A DNA stretch of 64,000 bases. Origin: Parachlamydiales bacterium. Lineage in GTDB: Bacteria > Chlamydiota > Chlamydiia > Chlamydiales > JAJFMK01. How positions within the stretch are numbered: position 1 is the stretch's first letter; each line of letters opens with the position of its first letter. Positions 28,779 through 38,108 of the stretch are shown piece after piece. The notes below the pieces were generated by a model that was not told where the DNA came from, did no database searches, and worked only from the letters and a program-made list of their open reading frames with translations. Location: positions 311,741 through 375,740 of the forward strand of contig OY969899.1 of assembly GCA_963704365.1 (NCBI GenBank). The letters run 5' to 3'. The translations under genes and the position numbers were made by a program.

Positions 28779-28877
28779 AGCAGGAAGCTTTTTCAAGCTG
28801 GTAGCTGAAGGTCAGCATCTTAAGATCGTTTAGGTCTTTTAACAAAAAATTAATCCAACTTCCCTAAGTAAGGAGGG

Positions 28878-29402
28878 ATGATGACTTTAGCTGAAAAAGA
28901 TGACCGTAAGGGGTTAACTCAAAAGCAGCACGAAGAAAACATGAGACGGGCCATTGAGCTAAGTAAACGGGCTTCTCTAATCGAAAAGACAGGCGGTGTA
29001 TTCGGTGCGGTAATCGTCGATAAAGACGGGAAGATCGTAGGCGAAGGTTATAACCATGTAGTCTCTAATAATGATCCAACAGCGCATGCGGAAATCTTTG
29101 CGATTCGAGATGCGTGCAAAAAGCTTGGCAAAACGGATCTAGAGGGGTGCACCCTTTACACAAGTGCAGAATGTTGCCCTATGTGCCTCTGTGCGGCTTA
29201 CTGGGCCCACATTGATCATATTTTTTATGGCGCCACTATCCAAGATTCTCTGAAATATGGGGATTTTGCCGATGAGGACTTTCTCGAAGAAATTCGTAAA
29301 GAACCTAAAAATCGTAAGATCAAATACACCGAAATCTTGCGCCAAGAAGCTGTCGAGATTTGGAAGCAGTACCATGACATGCCAGGCAGAGTCAAATATT
29401 AA
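28878..29402 (+). CDS. zinc-dependent nucleoside/nucleotide deaminase (CDA fold; guanine deaminase / TadA-like)
   Basis: H-A-E (PTAHAEIFAI) and PCxxC (CCPMCLCA) zinc motifs are present at the standard spacing. Confidence 0.85.
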   Translation: MMTLAEKDDRKGLTQKQHEENMRRAIELSKRASLIEKTGGVFGAVIVDKDGKIVGEGYNHVVSNNDPTAHAEIFAIRDACKKLGKTDLEGCTLYTSAECCPMCLCAAYWAHIDHIFYGATIQDSLKYGDFADEDFLEEIRKEPKNRKIKYTEILRQEAVEIWKQYHDMPGRVKY

Positions 29403-29418
29403 GCAGCTGAATATTATT

Positions 29419-29694
29419 ATGACAGTCATTGCGAGAATCAATTTCCAAGGTCAGGTTAGTAGAGATTTTGCCCTTTTTGCTAAAGAAGAATTGGCTGTTG
29501 CAAATTCTGAGGTGAGAACAAGCTGTTCACAGCTTCGGTCTTCGGATCTGCAGTTAAAAATTTTTGAGATTGCTGCAAAACATCTTAAGGAACTCAACAA
29601 AGCTATTGAGGATCAAAAAGACGATTTTGATTCCCCCCTTGATGAAAAGCTTGTACAAAAGTTAATGAAAGAATTTATCGGTAATCTTCGATAA
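29419..29694 (+). CDS. hypothetical small helical protein
   Basis: The ATG at 29419 lies just after the deaminase stop. The 91-aa product has a charged, helical composition. There is no homology I recognise. Confidence 0.3.
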   Translation: MTVIARINFQGQVSRDFALFAKEELAVANSEVRTSCSQLRSSDLQLKIFEIAAKHLKELNKAIEDQKDDFDSPLDEKLVQKLMKEFIGNLR

Positions 29695-29800
29695 AGGCTA
29701 ACTTCGAGCTCTTCAAAAATTTTTGTTAAAGAAATGTTAGCCGAACTTTCTCCCCGGACACCTCTCCCTCTTTCAGACCAACCCCCTATAAAGGTTTATA

Positions 29801-29841
29801 CCAGCATCTAATTGAAATGCACAATTTCAATTAGATGCTGG
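29801..29841. terminator. perfect 18-bp hairpin between convergent genes (bidirectional terminator candidate)
   Basis: CCAGCATCTAATTGAAAT-gcaca-ATTTCAATTAGATGCTGG, flanked by TATA on both sides. Confidence 0.6.
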
Positions 29842-29852
29842 TATAATTCGCC

Positions 29853-30893
29853 TCAATATATAGAGACGTTGAAAGCGCGGAGTATTGCTACAAGTTCTCC
29901 TAAGCCAACACTAGATCGGTTGAAAAGGACAAAAGAGGGTTCGTAGTCGGGCATGAACTTTTCCCAATAGTCTCTTCTTCCATCCAGGCTAAAGAAGTAT
30001 CGAGCTGCTTTGAAAGCGGCTGTGGCAAGCCACTTTTTAAAGAATCCAAAGCCTTGGATGTCGCCTAAAGTTTGGCTTGGGACAACTCCAAAAGTGGCAA
30101 ATTTGCATCCTTCGTTTCGTAATGCATCTAAGGCTGCTACAACAAGTTTTTCTGTCGTTCCAGCAGGGGCATTAGGTTTTGCTAAAAGAAGGTTGAAAAG
30201 CCATCCTTGACGGGCTTGGAGTTGGTTGAGCATCAAAACACCAATGATTTCCCCTTTCATTTCGGCATAAAACCACCGCTTTCCTGGCCTTTGGTCAAAA
30301 ATATCAACATTTGCAAGAAAAACTTGAGGCCCCTTTCTTGAATGGATCCAAGAAGAGGCGACCTCTTCCATTTTCTGTTCCATAACAGGATCTTCAACTA
30401 AATACTCTTTTATTGTGACACCGGCACGATTGGCGACAGATAATTTATTGCGCAATTTTCTTGCTTTAGGGCCCACTGTAGGGTCATTTTCTGGATTGAC
30501 AGTTAGTTCGTCGCCTATTTTCAATAGGGCAACTGCAACTCTTCCCATTGCCCACTGAGTAAATTGTTCTGAAACGGTGGCGTATACAATGCTTTTAGCC
30601 GTTTTCTGAAACGCTTTGATCATAGCAGGGGTGTCTGAAGGGGGGCAGGGAGGATCCCCGATAACAACTGCGCAGTTTCCCACTTTGTAGTAGCCAAGGA
30701 TTCCGTCGATTCCAGACTCTTTGAAAATTTGACAGCCTGGGTCTAACAGAGCAATCGATACTGAATTTCCAAATTGCCGCACCTCATGAGGTACCGCTTC
30801 TCTCACTTCTTTTGAGCATGAATCGCTTGTATTGGCAATTAAGGTAGGGAAGGTCATTTTCCTTTGCATAAACAAAATATTTTGTAATTGCAA
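29853..30893 (-). CDS. DUF2156 (MprF C-terminal, aminoacyl-phosphatidylglycerol synthase-like) domain protein, stand-alone
   Basis: WFYAEMKGEIIGVLMLNQL...NLLLAKPNAPAGTTEKLVVAALDALRNEGCKFATFGVVP...RRDYWEKFMPDYEPSFVLF follows the DUF2156 pattern, including the terminal KF-P-x-W/Y-E-P motif. There is no TM flippase domain. An alternative start is at 30857. Confidence 0.6.
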   Translation of the reverse strand: MQLQNILFMQRKMTFPTLIANTSDSCSKEVREAVPHEVRQFGNSVSIALLDPGCQIFKESGIDGILGYYKVGNCAVVIGDPPCPPSDTPAMIKAFQKTAKSIVYATVSEQFTQWAMGRVAVALLKIGDELTVNPENDPTVGPKARKLRNKLSVANRAGVTIKEYLVEDPVMEQKMEEVASSWIHSRKGPQVFLANVDIFDQRPGKRWFYAEMKGEIIGVLMLNQLQARQGWLFNLLLAKPNAPAGTTEKLVVAALDALRNEGCKFATFGVVPSQTLGDIQGFGFFKKWLATAAFKAARYFFSLDGRRDYWEKFMPDYEPSFVLFNRSSVGLGELVAILRAFNVSIY

Positions 30894-30910
30894 GCAACTT
30901 GCTGAAAATC

Positions 30911-30960
30911 AGAACAAGATAAATAGGGTCGGCTTAAGGCAATCCTATTTATCTTGTTCT
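30911..30960 (-). terminator. 17-bp perfect hairpin downstream of the DUF3604-like gene
   Basis: AGAACAAGATAAATAGG - 16 nt - CCTATTTATCTTGTTCT, located 10 nt after the stop at 30970. Confidence 0.5.
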
Positions 30961-30969
30961 ATTTCGTTC

Positions 30970-32971
30970 TTATTCCAAATCTTCTTCTTCCTCTGCATCC
31001 TCTTCATCTTCCTCTTGAGGGATGACGATCGGAGGAGGAGCTACTTTTTCAGCAGCTTTCTTTGGTGCAGGTTTCTGTTTTATTGTGGAGCCATTGCCAA
31101 TATCGACCCAAATCGGGGAGGACCAGGCAACATGTCCATCTTTTTGAAAAGCGCGTAAGAAATAATAAACAAAGGGGAGTTTGCCCCCTTTTGCAGGGAA
31201 GGCAGCTTTTGCAAGAGGTGTCATATCGTCATATGTAAACTCTAAAAAATAGGAAGGGGAGATGAGGGTATGGATCACTTCGCCATTGCGGATGATTTCA
31301 ACTCTGTCGAGTTCCTTAGTTCCAGCTATAAATCCACGGATGTGACGATTAACAGCAAGACCTGGTTTGTCATCGGTTGACAACTCTTGCCCCATTTTTG
31401 CTGTGGCTATCGAGAATTCCACTACAATCCGTTCGCCAGTTGTGGCGTAGCAACTTCTATTGTAGAGGGCCTCTCCGATCGCATTTTTGGAGTGGGCGGT
31501 TGTTAAAATAGCGGTCAGACCAGGAGGGTATTGGACTTGGTCAGTATCGAATAAAGGAGAATAAATGCCCCTATCATCCAATCCACCAGCCACAAATCCA
31601 AATCGGCAGTTTTTATTAAGTGCTTCAATAAAAGAACCCTCAGAATCTGCTGAAATACCTTTTTTTGTTTTTCCAGGATTGATCGGCATCGGATTCATCC
31701 CTTTTTCAGCAGTTTCTGAAGAACCCCAAGCGTTGTAGATTTCAGCTACACGCTCAAATTCAGGGTCGAAAGCTTTAAAGTTGAAGCTATAGCCTTTACC
31801 CATTGTGAAGGAAGGGATAGATAACATTTCTTTAGGCGAAAAAGCTTTATAGAGTCGCTCTAAAGTCGATCCTTTAGCATCTTTTTTCCTGATCAGCTGT
31901 TTTTGATCTTTCAAGTAAAGGATGTGACGGACCCCTTCAGCTCCAGCATCGCCCACTCTTTGGAAACCGGCGAAGGTGGTGAAGCGATCTTCCTCATCAA
32001 ATTCTTGAGTCGATTGCAGCAAGTTTTTCCATAGTTCGTTACTTGTCTCATCCCCATCTTCAAAAGGAGAAATGGCAAAAAAGTTCAAAGCCCTCTCATC
32101 TCGGAAATGGCGTAAGCAGTCTGTCAATATTTTCTGTTGAGTCGATTTTTTCAGATTCACCATGCAGAAGACCCCACATTAAAAGTCTGTCAGTTTCTTC
32201 TGAGCAGCGGATAGGGGCGGAACGGTAGACTTTTTTGTCTTTCAAGTTTTTTAACTTGATCGTGTAGATCCCCTTTTCGTTGAAATAGAGGTTTGGCAAG
32301 ATCAAAAAGCCTGTTTCAGGGACAAAAAGGCGCCAGCTTAAATTTTCTCTTAACCCTTCGTAACTTAGTTCGATCAAAGTGTCATCATCAGTGTCGCTCG
32401 TGAGGTTTCCATACTGGTCTTCAAATCGGGCCGTGATGTCGAACCTTTTATTCTTGCCAACAAGAGAAGGTGTCAGAATTTTGATGGTTTCGAGCTTACT
32501 TCCCAACACATCTAAATTGAAAATTTCAGGATCGCCAAACCGATTCTTGCCGCTTGGGTCGAGATACAAAGAAAAGGCACGCCGTCTTTGAGAGTTTGTC
32601 TGTACCTTATTGCCTAGCTTTTTCTCATTTGCTTTTGGATCGTTTGAACCAACAAAAATAACAAAGGTTTCACCTGTGGCAACCCCTTTTGGTAGGGTGA
32701 ATTCGTAAAGAGGAAGAACAGATGTAGGGGTCTCTACCTCTTTTGGGGTCACTTTTGTCCCGTCTTCCATTTCAAGCCAGATCGTGTTTGACCCTTTTTT
32801 GGAAGTTACTTCAGGGATCTCCCAGTCGATTTCACGACCGCTGCTTTGCATGTCAAAACGGAGCTTCGTCCCCTTTGGCAAAGACTGGGCTGTAGTGTGG
32901 ATGAATTTCCAGGTGCCAACATCTCCAGCACGGACTTGGGAAGGTTCACAATAGGAAATGGAGCGACGCAT
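30970..32971 (-). pseudogene. DUF3604-like (PHP-related) protein with N-terminal beta-sandwich region, split by a frameshift in an A6 run (fragments 32096..32971 and 30970..32163)
   Basis: The upstream fragment ends ...MWGLLHGESEKIDS. The downstream frame continues STQQKILTDCLRHFRDERALNFFAISPFED and ends with HVAWSSPIWVD, the C-terminal DUF3604 hallmark, followed by an acidic tail. Removing one A from the run at 32146-32151 fuses the frames. Confidence 0.55.
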
Positions 32972-32975
32972 AAAA

Positions 32976-34106
32976 TTATTCCTTTTTTTGAGCAAAATAG
33001 CTCATGTTTTCCAATCTAACTCCCCCTCTACCCGCCGATAAGGCATCGGCAAGGTGGCAGAGAGAGCCAATCTGTGTTAATGGCTCGACTTCAAAGTGGT
33101 GGCACCCCACCCCGTTGCTGACAGCCTCTGATTCTCCGTGTGCCTTCAAAAATTCCATCCCAGCAATAGCATGAGAAGAAGAAGTGCCCACAAGTGCCTT
33201 TCCAATATCGTGGAAGAGGCCAATCCTCTTACCAACAGCAACAGAAAGGTGTAGTTCATCGGCCAAGCTGCCTAGTATTGTAGCAACTTCCTTAGAGTGG
33301 TCGAGCAGATTTTGGCCAAAACTATACCTGAATGACAACTTTCCGAGAACGTGAGAGATGCTTGGGTGGGGTAAAGAGAGGCCGAGCTCTTGGCAAGCCC
33401 CTTCTCCAACCTTCCGAATCTCACCTTCTAAGTGAAGAGAAACTTTTTCAATGACCTCTTCTATCCGTTTAGGAAAAATTTTTCCGTCTAAAAGGAGCAT
33501 TTCAATGACTTTTTTAGAGAAAAATCTTTTTTCTGGGTCAACTGAAGTCAGGGTTAGTTCTTTTTCTAAAATCAGTTTGATGCCTAATTTTTCTTCTAAG
33601 AAACGGATGTTTTTTCCTTCAGGACCAACAATTCTTCCCCTTAGTGACTCATCAGTAAGCACTATGGTCTCAGAAAAGGTTGGCAAAAATTCGACAGGGG
33701 AGAGGCGATGAAGTGCAGTCAAAAGGAGGTTTTTTGCTTCTCTTTCGCCCTCTTTTCTTAAAGTAGACAAATGGAGTTGATTTTCTTTTCTTACCCGTTC
33801 TTCTAAATGGTTCAAAAGACGTTGTTTGACCTCTTCCTCGTCACCCCCTAAAAGTTCTTTTTTTCGCCGCTGAAGCTCGGTTTTTTCACTCTCTATTTTC
33901 TCTAGCTTTTGCAGAGAAATCTGAATTTTATTATCCCTTTCCTGAAGATCCCGCTCTTTGGCTTCAAAGGCTTTTTTTTGATCTTCTATCAGATCTTGTT
34001 TGAGCAGTTTCTTCCAGCTGCAAACTTGTCTGTTCTGCAGGTAGGGGACTGAGATGGCGGCAAGTACACCGATTAAAAAAGAGATAAGGGCAAGGAGTAG
34101 TAGCAT
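32976..34106 (-). CDS. rny: ribonuclease Y (short form)
   Basis: N-terminal TM helix, coiled coil, KH motif RIVGPEGKNIRFLEEKLGIKLIL, and HD domain HSKEVA...GLFHDIGKAL...GCHH. At 376 aa it ends right after the HD domain. Confidence 0.85.
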   Translation of the reverse strand: MLLLLALISFLIGVLAAISVPYLQNRQVCSWKKLLKQDLIEDQKKAFEAKERDLQERDNKIQISLQKLEKIESEKTELQRRKKELLGGDEEEVKQRLLNHLEERVRKENQLHLSTLRKEGEREAKNLLLTALHRLSPVEFLPTFSETIVLTDESLRGRIVGPEGKNIRFLEEKLGIKLILEKELTLTSVDPEKRFFSKKVIEMLLLDGKIFPKRIEEVIEKVSLHLEGEIRKVGEGACQELGLSLPHPSISHVLGKLSFRYSFGQNLLDHSKEVATILGSLADELHLSVAVGKRIGLFHDIGKALVGTSSSHAIAGMEFLKAHGESEAVSNGVGCHHFEVEPLTQIGSLCHLADALSAGRGGVRLENMSYFAQKKE

Positions 34107-34115
34107 AATTATTTA

Positions 34116-35411
34116 TTAACTTCTGCGCTTCTCGATCCTGATCTTTCCGATATTACGCGGGGAAGAGCTTAGAACCTCTAGTGAACAATCTTCAAGTAAA
34201 ACCCGATAGCCATTTGGGGGTATTGATGCCGTTAGGGCAAACAGATAGCCTCCGATTGTGTCGTAATCTCCATCATCTGGGATATCGATACCTAAATTCT
34301 CCTTGATATCATAAATACTCATTCTAGCGTCTACAATGAAGCTCCCATCACTAGTTTGTATAAAGTGAGAGGTCTCTTCATCATACTCATCTGCAATTTC
34401 CCCAACAATTTCTTCTAAAATATCTTCAATCGAGACTACGCCCTCTGTGCCTCCGTACTCATCGACCACAACGGCCAAATGCATCTGTTTCTTCCTGAAC
34501 TCTTGCAATAATGCCGATATTTTTTTGGTTTCAGGTGTATAGAGAACAGGTTTCAGAAGTGTTTCAATTGGTGTATTCAAAATATTAACATCTAAAGTTT
34601 CTTGGTACTCCATGTATTTTGCAAAAATGTCTTTGAACATCAATATGCCAATGATTTCGTCCACAGTTTGACGATAGACAGGTGTACGGCTATAGCCCTC
34701 TTTTAGCAATAAAGTAGCTGCCTCTTTGATCGTTGTTGTCGAAGGGAGGCAAAAAGTGTCGATCCTTGGGACCATGACTTCTCTTGCTACCCTATCGCGG
34801 AAAGAGACGATCGACTGGAAGATTTTCTTCTCTTCTGGAAGGAGAGATTCTCCTTCAGATACATCGTCCAGAATGTCAGGAGGCATATCAGAGATCCGCT
34901 CTTTAAGAGCATCTCTTACGATATGCATCCGGCCAAAAAAGAGGAGGAATAAGAGCAGTAAGGGGAGTGATAAGGTCAAAAAGACAGAGGTGATGAGCCC
35001 AACCGACTGCGTGACTTTTTCAGGATGCCGGACTCCTATGGTCTTGGGGAGAAAATCGGCTAATAAATAGGAGATGAAGAAGAGGATAACGACAAGTGTG
35101 AGCTCCGCAACTATTGGAAAAGGATGTTGTAGCTCTTCAAAAATGGCAAAAGCAAAAAGGCCAAGTGAAGCGCCGTAGGCAAGTCGAATCCAGGATTGTG
35201 CAGCGTAGCAAGCGAAAAAAAGCCCTTTAAGCTGATGTTGGGGGAAAAACAAATGGTGAATAGGGAGATAAAAAAAAGAACTTCCCAGTATTTTCCAAGG
35301 CTTTTTAGTCTCTTTCTTATACATCCTTTTCAGGGCGTTGGTCAGTGCTGTAAGAGAGGACACCCCGATAAGGAGAAACAATGTAAGAAGAAGCCAAAAC
35401 GAAATCGACAT
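34116..35411 (-). CDS. CNNM/TlyC-family hemolysin-like protein (DUF21-CBS pair-CorC_HlyC)
   Basis: Four N-terminal TM helices, REVMVPRIDTF plus tandem CBS, and the C-terminal transporter-associated domain (DGSFIVDARMSIYDI...GGYLF). Confidence 0.9.
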   Translation of the reverse strand: MSISFWLLLTLFLLIGVSSLTALTNALKRMYKKETKKPWKILGSSFFYLPIHHLFFPQHQLKGLFFACYAAQSWIRLAYGASLGLFAFAIFEELQHPFPIVAELTLVVILFFISYLLADFLPKTIGVRHPEKVTQSVGLITSVFLTLSLPLLLLFLLFFGRMHIVRDALKERISDMPPDILDDVSEGESLLPEEKKIFQSIVSFRDRVAREVMVPRIDTFCLPSTTTIKEAATLLLKEGYSRTPVYRQTVDEIIGILMFKDIFAKYMEYQETLDVNILNTPIETLLKPVLYTPETKKISALLQEFRKKQMHLAVVVDEYGGTEGVVSIEDILEEIVGEIADEYDEETSHFIQTSDGSFIVDARMSIYDIKENLGIDIPDDGDYDTIGGYLFALTASIPPNGYRVLLEDCSLEVLSSSPRNIGKIRIEKRRS

Positions 35412-35596
35412 AATCCCCGATTAAAGGCCTTACACCATTTTTTAAGCAACGAATGTCTTTGAAGAATTCATCACGAAGAAAATAATATTTTTATCTTCTC
35501 AGCAGAACATGAAGTGGTTTAAACTTATTATGCATCACGAAGAACACGAAGAGACGAAGAAGCTTCGTCTCTCAGTGATGAATTATAAGTCGTAGC

Positions 35597-36061
35597 CTAA
35601 CCGGCTTCGTGCTGAATCAAAGCTAGATTTGCCTCTGACAGGGCATTCATCCAGCGGCGTTCGGCTTGCCGCATTCTTGTCCGATCTTTTGGTTCAATGT
35701 CATCGTAACCGAGCATATGAAGAAGGGTATGGACTATGTAGAGGGTGATCTCAGTGTGGACATCGCCTCCATTCTCCTTGCAAAATTCAACAGCTGCTTC
35801 TGGACAGATGAAAGCTTCGCCTAAAAAGGTAAAACCTCCTTCTCCTGGAGAGTCGTAGGGGAATGTGATGCAGTCGGTAAATGTGGGATCGCCATGCGAA
35901 ATGGCATGGAGTTTTTTGATTTCAGTTCTTGAGACAAAGGAAAAAACAACTTGGTCGTATTTGACTTTTGCCCTTTCCAGCAAAAAGGAGACAATCCTTT
36001 TCACTTGGAGAACAGAAATGGCCACTTTTCGCTGCTTGTTATAGACAATGACAGTGGCCAA
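35597..36061 (-). CDS. ybeY: rRNA maturation endoribonuclease YbeY
   Basis: HTLLHMLGYDD (HxxxHxxGYDH-type zinc motif). The only start available is a TTG at 36061. Confidence 0.88.
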   Translation of the reverse strand: MATVIVYNKQRKVAISVLQVKRIVSFLLERAKVKYDQVVFSFVSRTEIKKLHAISHGDPTFTDCITFPYDSPGEGGFTFLGEAFICPEAAVEFCKENGGDVHTEITLYIVHTLLHMLGYDDIEPKDRTRMRQAERRWMNALSEANLALIQHEAG

Positions 36062-36076
36062 GGGGAGATTTATAGC

Positions 36077-36232
36077 TTAAAGGACAGGTGTTTTAGGAAG
36101 GCCAGTGACCTTCTTAGCATCAGCTTTCCAGCGGCCGAGCTGCTTGAGCACGTCGACACGTTCGAAACGCTTCAGGACATTCCTTTTGGCGGCGTTTTTG
36201 CTTGATTTACCAAAGCTTGGATGTCTTGACAT
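36077..36232 (-). CDS. PVC-type small basic protein (51 aa)
   Basis: MSRHPSFGKSSKNAAKRNVLKRFERVDVLKQLGRWKADAKKVTGLPKTPVL. The KRNVLKRFERV...GLPKT pattern matches the ~50-aa small basic protein family of Chlamydiae, Verrucomicrobia and Planctomycetes. It is below the track size cutoff. Confidence 0.75.
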   Translation of the reverse strand: MSRHPSFGKSSKNAAKRNVLKRFERVDVLKQLGRWKADAKKVTGLPKTPVL

Positions 36233-36236
36233 GCTA

Positions 36237-36416
36237 CTACCTCTTTCTCATTTTTGGGATGAAAACTAAGTTCTTCAGCTCTTCTGGAGCGGCGTTCTCA
36301 TGAGGTTTGAATCCCCCTTTTAGAACGTCCTTTTTAGAACCTGTTTTTGTTGAAGGCTTTCTTGGTCTCCTAAAAGAGACGGCCCTACGTTCACTTTGTT
36401 TACTTATCCGGATCAT
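36237..36416 (-). CDS. hypothetical highly basic 59-aa protein
   Basis: Hand translation gives MIRISKQSERRAVSFRRPRKPSTKTGSKKDVLKGGFKPHENAAPEELKNLVFIPKMRKR. Its TAG TAG stop lies 4 nt before the ATG of the small basic protein and 14 nt after the upstream gene stop. It is below the track cutoff. Confidence 0.4.
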   Translation of the reverse strand: MIRISKQSERRAVSFRRPRKPSTKTGSKKDVLKGGFKPHENAAPEELKNLVFIPKMRKR

Positions 36417-36430
36417 GTTCGTTTAAATCC

Positions 36431-36835
36431 TTAATCGAAAAATGAGATTTTAGCTTCTCTAGAGTTAGATTGCAAACTGATTTCGTGTTTGTCACTTAAG
36501 GCCAGTCTCGGATGGTGTAAAAAGACCCGCCTTAGACGCTCTGATTCAAAATCTAAATCGAATTGGATCCAGCCGCAGGAAAACTGGAAAGACAAAGAAG
36601 CCCTATTCCCAAAAAATTCTTTCTTCAATGCCGATTCGAAGGCATTAAGGGCCTCCCATCTTGGCATGTTATGGTAAAGGGTACCTGGTCTGAAATCTTC
36701 ACCTTGCAGCAGGCCGACAAGTTCTTCGAAGCAGAGGTGATTAGGCAGCTCATGGCCAATGGCTTTTCCAAGATCTTCCGGCAGCGAGTAGGGATGACGG
36801 ATTCTTGCTAAAAGATTGAAAATAGCACGTATCAT
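36431..36835 (-). CDS. hypothetical protein
   Basis: Clean 134-aa ORF heading the small-ORF/ybeY string. I recognise no motif. Confidence 0.5.
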   Translation of the reverse strand: MIRAIFNLLARIRHPYSLPEDLGKAIGHELPNHLCFEELVGLLQGEDFRPGTLYHNMPRWEALNAFESALKKEFFGNRASLSFQFSCGWIQFDLDFESERLRRVFLHHPRLALSDKHEISLQSNSREAKISFFD

Positions 36836-36952
36836 GGGACTTCTATCTTAGACGATTTCCATGTGTTTTAACAAGTGTTGCCTTATAATTGTTGAACCCC
36901 TATTAGTTGCATTTGAAATCATTATTTTAATTCCGGGGCCCTAGCATACTTT

Positions 36953-37561
36953 ATGATCCTTCTTTTCATGGACTTAGAAACCACTGGTCTAGATCCTACC
37001 CGACACAGAGTTATAGAAATTGCTGTCAAAGCAATAAATAGCACAACAGGCGAGGTGGTGGGCTCTTATGAAACAGTCGTCAAACAACCTTATGAAGTTT
37101 GGGAACGACGCGATTCCTTTAGTATTGAAGTGAATGGTTTCCAGTGGAATGAGGTGTCAAAGGGGATGGAAGAGGCAGATGTGGGTCACTTCATTGTTGG
37201 CCTCTTCAAACAATGGGGTATCGAAAGGGGGAAAGCGGTCTATGTTTGTCAAAACCCCGCTTTCGACCGGAGCTTTTTTGCCCAGCTAGTCGATCTTTAT
37301 ACACAAGAGAGGTTGAAATGGCCTTATCACTGGTTAGATTTTGCTTCGATGTATTGGGCGATGACTGTACAGAATTGTGTGGAAAAGAACATGAATGTGC
37401 CAGTCGAAATCAGCCTGTCAAAAGACGAAATTGCTAAACGTTATAATTTACCTCCTGAAAAAAAGCCCCACAGAGCAAGAAATGGGGTTGATCACCTCAT
37501 TGTCTGTTATAACGCCCTTTTTCAAAACGCTCGAGTTGAGGCTACAGCCTCTTGGCAATAA
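36953..37561 (+). CDS. DEDDh 3'-5' exonuclease (DnaQ-like)
   Basis: ExoI LFMDLETTGLD, ExoII CQNPAFDRSFF, ExoIII HRARNGVDHL. Confidence 0.85.
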   Translation: MILLFMDLETTGLDPTRHRVIEIAVKAINSTTGEVVGSYETVVKQPYEVWERRDSFSIEVNGFQWNEVSKGMEEADVGHFIVGLFKQWGIERGKAVYVCQNPAFDRSFFAQLVDLYTQERLKWPYHWLDFASMYWAMTVQNCVEKNMNVPVEISLSKDEIAKRYNLPPEKKPHRARNGVDHLIVCYNALFQNARVEATASWQ

Positions 37562-38108
37562 AAAGTTTTGGTGCTTTTGGTCGATTGAGCCAAGAGAAGG
37601 AGATCACACCAAATTTTTGCCGCTCGAGCGAAGAGAGGAAGCTCTCCACAAAACGCTCCTCTATTTCTCCACCAACATGTCCTGAATAAGTTGTGACCGA
37701 GAGCATACCCCCACTTTTCAACTTCTGGATAATGAGAGAAAGGCTTTTTTGAGTTGTCTCTTCTTGAGTGATGCAGTTTTTATCGCCACCCGGTAGATAT
37801 CCTAAATTATAAATCGCTAGGTCCAGACTTTGGTCAGGTATTTTTTCTGGATAGGTAGCATGAGATTCTAAAACCCACTCAATGGGGTAGGAGTCGCCAA
37901 GGAGAGCTTTACTTTGATCGAGGGCCGATTGTTGGATGTCCAGGGCTACTAATTTGCCTCCTGGAAATATTAAAGGAGCAATAAATGCAGTGTCATGACC
38001 GTTCCCAACAGTAGCATCCAGCACGTTCGATCCTGTATGAAGATGTTCTTTCCAAGTCGAATGGGCGATGGCTATGTGAGGTGATCTAGAAAAAAGGGGG
38101 GGAGTCAA
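37542..38108 (-). CDS. mnmM: class I SAM-dependent methyltransferase, YtqB/MnmM-like (PF06962-type)
   Basis: VLDATVGNGHDTAFIA, LVALDIQQSAL, YNLGYLPGGDKNCIT and GGMLSVTTYSGHVGG are collinear with B. subtilis YtqB. Confidence 0.8.
   Translation of the reverse strand: MTPPLFSRSPHIAIAHSTWKEHLHTGSNVLDATVGNGHDTAFIAPLIFPGGKLVALDIQQSALDQSKALLGDSYPIEWVLESHATYPEKIPDQSLDLAIYNLGYLPGGDKNCITQEETTQKSLSLIIQKLKSGGMLSVTTYSGHVGGEIEERFVESFLSSLERQKFGVISFSWLNRPKAPKLFIAKRL

Noticed and set aside
32140-32165. Programmed ribosomal frameshift at the A6 run of the DUF3604-like gene
   Set aside because: The shift needed is +1, no X-XXY-YYZ heptamer is aligned with the zero frame, and there is no obvious downstream stimulatory structure. 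A mutation or a sequencing error is more parsimonious.
35461-35596. Repeated CATCACGAAGAA words and the nested hairpin GAGACGAAG-aagc-TTCGTCTC between ybeY and the CNNM gene
   Set aside because: There is a single local occurrence, which an intergenic stem-loop (processing site or weak terminator) would explain. There is no second copy in the window.
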